From Deltaproteobacteria bacterium (GTDB lineage: Bacteria; Myxococcota_A; Polyangia; Polyangiales; JADJMO01), in assembly GCA_022843175.1 (NCBI GenBank), contig JALHOE010000023.1, forward strand, positions 3,011 through 67,010: a stretch of 64,000 bases of DNA, in the 5' to 3' direction. Below are positions 38,568 through 45,461 of this stretch, piece by piece. How positions within the stretch are numbered: position 1 is the stretch's first letter; the number at the start of each line of letters is the position of its first letter. The notes beneath the pieces were generated by a model. The model ran no database searches, was not told where the DNA came from, and saw nothing but the letters and a program-made list of their open reading frames with translations. The translations under genes and the position numbers were made by a program.

Positions 38568-40061
38568 CTACGCGCGCGCTACGTTCGAGGCGCACATGTC
38601 GGCGAGCGTCATGATCGCGATCTGCGGGTTCACCCCGAGGTTGCTGGGGAACACGCTCGAGTCGGCGACGTAGAGACCCTCCGCCACGTGATGTCGGAAG
38701 TCCGGTCGCACGACGCTCGACGCTCGCTCCGATCCCATGCGCGCGGTGCCGAACAGGTGCGTCATCGACATCGCGTAGTCGCTCGCGGTCAGCGAGCCCT
38801 CGCGCTCGAAGCGCGCCATGTCCGCGCGGTCGCGGACGATCGGGGCGAAGCCGGGGACTCCCGGGTAGACCTCGACCGCACCGGCGGCGAGCATCGTCTC
38901 GCCGAGCACGCGCACCCCGCGGCGCGTCTTCTCGACGTCGGCGGCGGTGAGCGAGTAGGTGACGATCGGCCGCGTCGGCCCGGGCCGAACTCGTCCACGC
39001 CCCGCGGCGCGCACGGCTGCGCCCCACACGGCGTAGCGATCGATCTCCGCGAGCCGGCGCGCGAGCTCGCGCCCGACGCCGGGGATGCGGCTCGCGAGGA
39101 TCGAGAGGTCGAAGCCGAGCGCCTCGAGCTTGAGGCCCTCGTCGCGATAGCCGATCACCTCGTGACCCTGCGTCGCGCCGCGCCAGTTACGGACGGGCTC
39201 GGGGAACCGACCGGTCACCGAGACCCCGGGGTGCGCCGTCAGGCCGTCGCCGACCGGGCCGTGGTCGAGCCCGCTCCTTCGGAGGAGGCACGGTGTCTGG
39301 ATCGCGCTCGCCGCGAGCACTACGGCGTGTCGCGCGCGGATCGCGAACGGCCCACCCGCTGCGCTCACGCCCGCGACGCCGCGCGCGCGGCCGTGCTCGA
39401 CGAGCACCCGATCGACGCGCATGCCGGCGAGGATCCGCGCGCCGTCGGCGACCGCGTCGGGGAGGAAGCTCCGATCCATAGAGAGCTTATGACCGTGCGG
39501 ACAGCCGTGGAGACAACGTCCCTCGCCGACGCACCCGCGCTCGTTGCGCCGGATCGGGCGGTGCGCGACGCCGAGGGCCTCTGCTCCGCGCGCGAGGAGC
39601 AGGTTCTTCGGCCCGGCGACGCTCGGCTCGGTGGGGCGTACGTGGAGCCGCTCCTCGATGCGCGCCTCGGTCTCGGCGAGCAGGTCGTAGGGCAGGGCGT
39701 CGCCGAGGGCCGGGTCGTCGGAGGTCCACTGGTCGAGGACGGCGCGGGGGAAGCGCCAGCTGATCGCGCCGTTGATCACCGAGGTGCCGCCGACGACGCG
39801 ACCTTGCAGGTACGGCATCGATACGTTGCCGAACGCGAGCGAGGTGCCCATGTCGCGATAGAGCGCGGCCATCGCGCGGACGCCGCTCACCTCCGAGACC
39901 TTCGCCTCGTGTCCCTCTTCGACGACGATCACCGAGATGCCCCGGGCAGCGAGGTGACGCGCCACGGTCGCGCCGGCGGGGCCGCTCCCGACGACGACCA
40001 CGTCGGTCTCGGCCTCGTGGCGGCGGTGGACGTAGCGACCGTCGAGCTCGACGAGGGTCAT
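38568..40061 (-). CDS. GMC-family FAD-dependent oxidoreductase (gluconate-2-dehydrogenase flavoprotein-like)
   Basis: The FAD motif is VVVVGSGPAGATVA. It also contains the Cys cluster GCVGEGRCLHGCPHGHK and the C-terminal FGTARMG...LYVADSSVFPS. No signal peptide is present. Confidence 0.85.
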   Translation of the reverse strand: MTLVELDGRYVHRRHEAETDVVVVGSGPAGATVARHLAARGISVIVVEEGHEAKVSEVSGVRAMAALYRDMGTSLAFGNVSMPYLQGRVVGGTSVINGAISWRFPRAVLDQWTSDDPALGDALPYDLLAETEARIEERLHVRPTEPSVAGPKNLLLARGAEALGVAHRPIRRNERGCVGEGRCLHGCPHGHKLSMDRSFLPDAVADGARILAGMRVDRVLVEHGRARGVAGVSAAGGPFAIRARHAVVLAASAIQTPCLLRRSGLDHGPVGDGLTAHPGVSVTGRFPEPVRNWRGATQGHEVIGYRDEGLKLEALGFDLSILASRIPGVGRELARRLAEIDRYAVWGAAVRAAGRGRVRPGPTRPIVTYSLTAADVEKTRRGVRVLGETMLAAGAVEVYPGVPGFAPIVRDRADMARFEREGSLTASDYAMSMTHLFGTARMGSERASSVVRPDFRHHVAEGLYVADSSVFPSNLGVNPQIAIMTLADMCASNVARA

Positions 40062-40696
40062 GACTCGGCCCGCGCGCGGACGATCGGATCGTCGTAGTAG
40101 GCGAAGCACGCGAGCGTCTTGAGCGTGACGAGCGCCTGACGCACGAAGTAGCGGCGGTCGCCGGAGGCCGCGGCGAGGAAGCGCTCGCGCGCCTCGGGCG
40201 ACAACGCGAAGAAGGGGCGGCCGAACCCCGAGACGACCGGCAGGAACGTGAGCGTGTGCACCATCGGGCGGAGGCCCGCGCGCACCAGGGGCGCCGGCGC
40301 CTCTTCCATGCATCGCCAGAACGCTGTGGTGTCGAGCTCGCCGGTGGCGAGAATGGCCGAGAACAGCTGCTCGGCCCACCGCCGCTCGATCGCGGTGAGG
40401 CGGAGCGCGTCGAACGAGGGCGCCGGATCCTCGTAGGGCACGTAGTCGATCGGGTGCTCGCGCTCGAGCGTGAAGTAGGTGGGCGTCTCGAGGCAACGGC
40501 CGCCGACGACGAGGTAGGTGACGCCGAGCAGTTGATCCGCGTTGTCGGGCGAGAGCGCGACCAGCGGGTCCTTGCTGATGCGAATGGGACCCGGCGCGTT
40601 GGGGCCGCGCGAGTAATCGATGAGGAGCCCGCGATCGAAGCCGCGCGGCATCGGCACGCCGTGCGGCTCGATGACCTCGTAGTGCCACTCGGTCAC
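40058..40696 (-). CDS. Hypothetical protein; the N-half is DUF4334-like and the C-half resembles the small subunit of gluconate-2-dehydrogenase-type enzymes (both tentative)
   Basis: It has a GTG start, and its stop overlaps the GMC ATG (ATGA). It contains LLIDYSRG...IRISKDPLVALSPDNADQLLGVTY...TYFTLERE, then LTAIERRWAEQLFSAIL. Confidence 0.6.
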   Translation of the reverse strand: MTEWHYEVIEPHGVPMPRGFDRGLLIDYSRGPNAPGPIRISKDPLVALSPDNADQLLGVTYLVVGGRCLETPTYFTLEREHPIDYVPYEDPAPSFDALRLTAIERRWAEQLFSAILATGELDTTAFWRCMEEAPAPLVRAGLRPMVHTLTFLPVVSGFGRPFFALSPEARERFLAAASGDRRYFVRQALVTLKTLACFAYYDDPIVRARAES

Positions 40697-40744
40697 CGGA
40701 CGGCCGCGCGACCGCTTCGGCCGGCTCGGCGCATCGAGGCCGTC

Positions 40745-40972
40745 CTACTCCAGCCGCACGTTCCAGCCGCGGAGCGCGCCGGAGAATGGATCGCGGTAGA
40801 ACGTCTTCTGAAACGTCTTCCAGGTGAGGCGCTCGACGACCCTCGGCAACCCGAGGCTCGTGCCTCGATAGGCCCAGCCCTCGAGCGCTCGCGGGTCTAC
40901 CGGGTGGCCGTGGACGATCGCGTCGCGCAGGGCGCGGTGCGAGGCGGTGCGGAGCTCGTGCGCGGTGGGCAT
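40745..40972 (-). CDS. Small hypothetical protein (GXWXG-domain-like, tentative), in the same frame as the next ORF and separated from it by one TAG
   Basis: The sequence is MPTAHELRTASHRALRDAIVHGHPVDPRALEGWAYRGTSLGLPRVVERLTWKTFQKTFYRDPFSGALRGWNVRLE. It starts 21 nt after the nosY stop. Confidence 0.45.
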   Translation of the reverse strand: MPTAHELRTASHRALRDAIVHGHPVDPRALEGWAYRGTSLGLPRVVERLTWKTFQKTFYRDPFSGALRGWNVRLE

Positions 40973-40995
40973 CTCGGTCGTCGGCCCGAACTGTA

Positions 40996-41832
40996 TCAGC
41001 CGGTGAGGTCCGCGTGCGCGAGCCGACGATTGGCCGCGACGAGCGCGACCGTACCGACGAGCAACGGCCACCCGACTCCGAGCGCCAGGGAGATCCGTGC
41101 GCCCAGCGTGTGGGCGAGCCAGAACCCGACCGGGCCGAGCACCGACAGCTCCGGGTCGATGCTGCTCAGGATCGCGATCCGCGCCGACTCCGACGGGTTC
41201 GCGGCGGCGAGGCCGAAGATCACACGGGGCGGCAGCGGGGTGTGCAGCATCGCCCCGAGCAGCGCGAAATCATGGAGCAACGAGACGGCGAGCCACAGGC
41301 CGAGGGCGAAGACGAGCGCGCGGTCGGCGGTGCGCGCGACCGCCGACACCCACAGTCCGACCCCCAGAAAGGCCCAGGCGAGCGCCGCGGACACGGCGAA
41401 GCAGCGCGCGACCAGCGGCCAGAACCCCTCCTCCACACCGAGGAACAACGCGGCCACCGAGAGTGCCCCGAACGTCACGAGGATCGGGCCGATCAGCATC
41501 ACGGCGCGCGAGAGCAGGAGCGCGAAGAACCACTGGGACCGTCGGCACGGCTGGGACAGGAGCAGCTCGAGAAGGCCGCTGCGCCGCGCGCGCACGATGC
41601 TCTGGCTGGTCGCGACGAGCACCATCAGCGGGATGGCGATGATCACGAGGTTGGTCAGGTTGAGCACGACTCGCGTGATCCCGGTGAAGCCGAGCACGCG
41701 CGACTCGCCCAGGCCGAGCCAGACAAACGCCGACAGCAGCAGCGCGTACGCCGCGAAGGTGAACGCGAACCATTTCGACCGCAGCGACTCGGACAGCTCG
41801 AGTCGCGAGAGCGCGAGGACGTTGCGCGTCAT
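40996..41832 (-). CDS. nosY: NosY, ABC-2-type permease of the nitrous-oxide reductase maturation transporter
   Basis: It has six hydrophobic segments. The ATG overlaps the nosL stop (ATGA), and its position is within the nos cluster. Confidence 0.8.
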   Translation of the reverse strand: MTRNVLALSRLELSESLRSKWFAFTFAAYALLLSAFVWLGLGESRVLGFTGITRVVLNLTNLVIIAIPLMVLVATSQSIVRARRSGLLELLLSQPCRRSQWFFALLLSRAVMLIGPILVTFGALSVAALFLGVEEGFWPLVARCFAVSAALAWAFLGVGLWVSAVARTADRALVFALGLWLAVSLLHDFALLGAMLHTPLPPRVIFGLAAANPSESARIAILSSIDPELSVLGPVGFWLAHTLGARISLALGVGWPLLVGTVALVAANRRLAHADLTG

Positions 41833-42212
41833 GGCCGCGCCCTTTCGATCACGCGCGCGGTCACCTCGGCGAACGCGATCCCGTCGGCCGCAGGGACGAA
41901 GCCGTAGTCCATCGGGGTCTTCGCGCCGTCGCGGTAGCGCGCTCGTTCGGCCTCGATCCAGCCGTCGCCGCTCGGCGCGCGAACCCAGGCTTGGCCCACG
42001 TGTTCGGGGTGAGCGCGGGTGAACAACACCAGGCAGCCGACGTCGTCGAAGTAGAATCGCTCGCGCTTGGTCACGAGCTGCGCGGCGCTCACGCGGTCGT
42101 CCACCAACATCACGCACTGCGCGCACGGCTGCTTGCCCCACACCGGGTCGAGCGGTTCGCTGCTGCGCTGGCAGCCGATGACCGCGACCAGCAGGAGCGC
42201 GGCGCGTGTCAT
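41829..42212 (-). CDS. nosL: NosL, copper-chaperone lipoprotein
   Basis: LLLVAVIGC provides the lipobox. CAQCVMLVDDRVSAAQL...FYFDDVGCLV matches the NosL pattern CxxCgM...FDdigC. Confidence 0.8.
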   Translation of the reverse strand: MTRAALLLVAVIGCQRSSEPLDPVWGKQPCAQCVMLVDDRVSAAQLVTKRERFYFDDVGCLVLFTRAHPEHVGQAWVRAPSGDGWIEAERARYRDGAKTPMDYGFVPAADGIAFAEVTARVIERARP

Positions 42213-43120
42213 GCGACGCTCCGGATGGGACTCCGTTGCGACTCCGGCGCAGCGGTCGGGAGCCCGGCGTCCTCTTCAATGGTCAGATCGACGACGTCGT
42301 CGCGATGGCGCGCGAGCAGCCGCGCGACGACATCGACCTTGTGCGTCTGGGTCAGCGCCGCGCCGAACCGAGAGGGCGCGATCGGGGTGAACCCCTCGCG
42401 CGTCAGGAACTCGAGAAAAGAAGGCGGCGCGCCGGTGCGCACGAGGACCTCGATGCGCACGGTGTGGAGCGCCGAGAAGAGCTCGGCGACGTCCATGTCG
42501 CGCGCGACGCGCCCGTCGCGGAGCTCGATCACCCGACCGACCAAGTGGCGGACCTCGTCGATCCGATGGGAGCAGAGGACGAGCACAGAGTCGGGCGCTC
42601 GCTCGCGCACCAACTCGAAGAAGGCGAACCGCGCGTGCGCGTCGAGGTTGGCGGTGGGCTCGTCGCAGGCGAGGACCGGCGCGTCGACGGCGAGCGCCAG
42701 CGCCGCCAGCACCTTCTGCTTGGTGCCCCCCGACAGATCGCGGAACCGGGCGCGGGAGACCTCGCCGAGCGAGAGCCCGAGCTGCTCGGCGCGCTCGTGC
42801 ACGCGCGACGCAGGCATGCCGCGGAGGGCGCTGTACGCGCGCACGAGCTCGTCGACCGGTGCGTCGACCGGCGGCGCGATCTGCGGCGCGTAGGCCACGC
42901 TGGCCAACGCCCGCTCGGGATCGCGCGCGACGTCGACGCCCTGGATCAGCACCGTGCCCTCGACGCGGATCAAGCCGAGGATCGCCCGTAGCAGCGTCGA
43001 CTTGCCGGACCCGTTCGTGCCGACGATCGCGACACGCTCGCCCGGGGCGATCGTCAAGGAGATGGAGTCGAGCGCGCGGACGCGATCGAAGCGCTTGCTC
43101 ACCCTGCGGAGCTCGATCAC
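42209..43120 (-). CDS. nosF: NosF, ABC transporter ATP-binding protein
   Basis: The Walker A is GTNGSGKST, the signature is LSGGTKQK and the Walker B is VLACDEPTANLD. Confidence 0.85.
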   Translation of the reverse strand: MIELRRVSKRFDRVRALDSISLTIAPGERVAIVGTNGSGKSTLLRAILGLIRVEGTVLIQGVDVARDPERALASVAYAPQIAPPVDAPVDELVRAYSALRGMPASRVHERAEQLGLSLGEVSRARFRDLSGGTKQKVLAALALAVDAPVLACDEPTANLDAHARFAFFELVRERAPDSVLVLCSHRIDEVRHLVGRVIELRDGRVARDMDVAELFSALHTVRIEVLVRTGAPPSFLEFLTREGFTPIAPSRFGAALTQTHKVDVVARLLARHRDDVVDLTIEEDAGLPTAAPESQRSPIRSVA

Positions 43121-44412
43121 GGTCGCCTCGCGCGATGCGGCCGGAGCGCCGGCGTGCGATCCACGATGAGCGGGCGCGCGCCGACGAGGGGAAACGCGCG
43201 CGCGAGCGCATCGACCAGCTGCAGCGCGAGCGTGCCGTGGAGGAACCGCACCGACGGCTCCTCGGTGACCAGCTCACTCGAGTAGCGCTTCACCTCGTGC
43301 GGGATGTCGCCCCGTCCGTCGCCGTCGAGGTCGTAGCCGTCGTACTCGGACCAATAGTTGTCGCTGAAGTCGAGGCCGAGCGCGTCGCCCCCGCCGTCGA
43401 CCTCGATCACCACCGTGTTCGCGCGGAAATCGTTGCCATGAAACGCAACCCCGCCCGCGGCGCCGTGGACACGAATCGCCACGTCGTTCGCCGCGAACAC
43501 GTTGTCGTCGAACGAGACCTTCTCGCGTGGGTCACGCGGACTGCGGTCGAGGTAGATCCCGGTTGTGTTGCCGGCGATCGACGTGCCCACGATCACCACC
43601 CCGTCGCTCTCCTTGAAGCCGATCCCCATCCCGGCGGCGCCCCGTGCGCCCGCGACCACGTCGCGCTCGAGGTGCAGGCGCGAGCTGTACATCACGAAGA
43701 TCCCGACTGCGTTGCCGATGAGTCGACTGTCGCGCGCGACGCTGTCGTGGGCGTACATGAAGTGGGTGCCGTAGCGGCTGTTGAGCACGTGGTTGCGCTC
43801 GCAGACCACGCGGCGCGAGTACCATACGACCACGTCGCGCACGTGCTCGACGTGGTTGTCGCGGACGGTGGAGTCGTGCGACTCCCACAGCTTGATGCCG
43901 TCGCCGCGGAGCGAGGCGGGCATGTCGGCGCCGCGCACCACGGAGCGCTCGAGGGTGCAGCGCACGCAGCGCTCGAGGATCACCCCGAACAGCGTGTCCT
44001 CGACGACGACGTTCCGAATGGCGACCCCCGCACCCGCCGCCCGGACGCCGGCGTCTTCGCCGAGGTTTCGCCTGCCGGACGCGCGGATGGTCACGTTCTC
44101 GAGCTCGACGTCGTCCGCCTCGATGCGCACCACGGTCTGCGTGCGCGTGCCCTCGATCGTCGCGCCACGGACGCCGCGCAGGGCGACGCGGCGGTGGATC
44201 TTCAGGTCGGTGCGATAGGTGCGGGGCGCGAGCCAGATCTCGGACGGTCCGTCCTCGAGCAGGCGTCGCAGCTCGCCCTCGTCGCGCGCGATGATCGCAC
44301 CGGGCGGCGGGGTGAGCTCGATCGTTCCCGACGCGACCGGGGCCACGGTCGCCACTGCGTGGGCATCGAAGAGGAGCGTGGCCGCCGAGAAGAGGGCAGC
44401 CGGTCGCTTCAT
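43117..44412 (-). CDS. nosD: NosD, periplasmic parallel-beta-helix copper-binding maturation protein
   Basis: It has a signal peptide (MKRPAALFSAATLLFDAHA) and repeated beta-helix turns (VTIRASG, VVVEDTLFG, VRDNHVEH, CERNHVLN, IAGNTTGIYL). Its position is between the nosB-like gene and nosF. Confidence 0.85.
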   Translation of the reverse strand: MKRPAALFSAATLLFDAHAVATVAPVASGTIELTPPPGAIIARDEGELRRLLEDGPSEIWLAPRTYRTDLKIHRRVALRGVRGATIEGTRTQTVVRIEADDVELENVTIRASGRRNLGEDAGVRAAGAGVAIRNVVVEDTLFGVILERCVRCTLERSVVRGADMPASLRGDGIKLWESHDSTVRDNHVEHVRDVVVWYSRRVVCERNHVLNSRYGTHFMYAHDSVARDSRLIGNAVGIFVMYSSRLHLERDVVAGARGAAGMGIGFKESDGVVIVGTSIAGNTTGIYLDRSPRDPREKVSFDDNVFAANDVAIRVHGAAGGVAFHGNDFRANTVVIEVDGGGDALGLDFSDNYWSEYDGYDLDGDGRGDIPHEVKRYSSELVTEEPSVRFLHGTLALQLVDALARAFPLVGARPLIVDRTPALRPHRARRP

Positions 44413-45026
44413 CGCGACGCTCCCGCCCGCGGCCGCACGAGCGCTGCGCCGACGAGCAGCGCGACGGCCGCCACCGAGAGCCAGAACCCGGCTTCGGCGC
44501 GCGCGAAGGTCTCGAACTGTCCGATCGTGCCCTCGCCGAACATGTTGGGGGTGAACGGCTTGATCCGCAGCGGCGCCCTCGGATCGAGGCCGTGACCGAA
44601 CCTGCGCAGCCAGGTCATGCTGTCGACCACGAACACGATCGGGAGGAGCGCGGTCAACGCCGCGGCGATCCACACCGTCGCCCGGCGTCGAATGATCAGG
44701 AGCAGCGCGACCGCGACGCAGAGCGCCATCATCGCGGGCCCGGAGACCGCGCGCTCGAACCGCGCGGCGGTGTCGAGGTGCGCCATGCCGATGTAGTGAT
44801 TGAGCGTGTCGATCTCCGCCACGTCGCCGCTGAAGCCGGTCAACGACACGTTGAGGATCAGCCCCTGCGGATACTGCGGCGCGAAGAGCCAGAACTTCCA
44901 CCACAGCTGACCGGTGCTCAGCGCGAGGAGCACGATCGCGAACGCGCCGAGCGCGATCGAGGCTGCGAGCCGGAGCGTGCTCCGCCGCGCCGTCGGCCGT
45001 GCCGCCGTGGGTGCGACGTTGGCCAT
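44409..45026 (-). CDS. NosB-like integral membrane protein of clade II nos clusters
   Basis: It has 4 TM segments and lies between the cytochrome c gene and nosD. The stop overlaps the nosD ATG. The identity is inferred from position only. Confidence 0.55.
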   Translation of the reverse strand: MANVAPTAARPTARRSTLRLAASIALGAFAIVLLALSTGQLWWKFWLFAPQYPQGLILNVSLTGFSGDVAEIDTLNHYIGMAHLDTAARFERAVSGPAMMALCVAVALLLIIRRRATVWIAAALTALLPIVFVVDSMTWLRRFGHGLDPRAPLRIKPFTPNMFGEGTIGQFETFARAEAGFWLSVAAVALLVGAALVRPRAGASR

Positions 45027-45461
45027 TTACTCGTTCGCCTTGAGGTACGAGAGAAGCGGCATCAGATCGCTCTCGGCGATGCCCTGGTTCGGCATCGGTG
45101 TGAGGTGCGTCTTGAGCAGCTCGCGCGCGGCGGGATCCTCCTTCACCATCAGGTCGGGCCGCAGGATCATCTTCGTGATCCACTGCCGCTCCCGGCGCGC
45201 GGTCACGCCCTTGAGGTCGGGGCCGACGAGCTTTCCGCCTCCGAGCTTGTGGCAGGCGTTGCAGCCCTTCTGGGTGAAGAGCTCCTTGCCGCGCTCGATG
45301 TCGGCGGGCGCCGAGCTGTACTGCACGTCCGGCACCTTGAGGTCGGCGAGGCCGCCGCCGGTCGCGGTCGGGGGCGGCGCCGGCGCCTGCTCCTCGGGTT
45401 GGTCCCTCCCCCGACAGGAGAGGAGGAGCACGGCGAGCACCATCGCTCCGCGCGACATCAC
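45027..45461 (-). CDS. Mono-haem c-type cytochrome (probable electron donor to NosZ)
   Basis: It has a signal/lipobox-like N-terminus (VLAVLLLSC) and a single CNACH haem motif, with a distal Met in LTPMPNQG. The ATG overlaps the nosZ stop (ATGA). Confidence 0.85.
   Translation of the reverse strand: MMSRGAMVLAVLLLSCRGRDQPEEQAPAPPPTATGGGLADLKVPDVQYSSAPADIERGKELFTQKGCNACHKLGGGKLVGPDLKGVTARRERQWITKMILRPDLMVKEDPAARELLKTHLTPMPNQGIAESDLMPLLSYLKANE

Noticed and set aside
41833-42279. Longer version of the nosY ORF (40996-42279), and similar long N-terminal extensions of the nosD, GMC, NamZ-fusion, ClpV and patatin ORFs
   Set aside because: The extensions are Arg/Pro-rich and overlap the upstream coupled gene. 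The internal ATG/GTG starts give proper signal peptides or ATGA/GTGA coupling.
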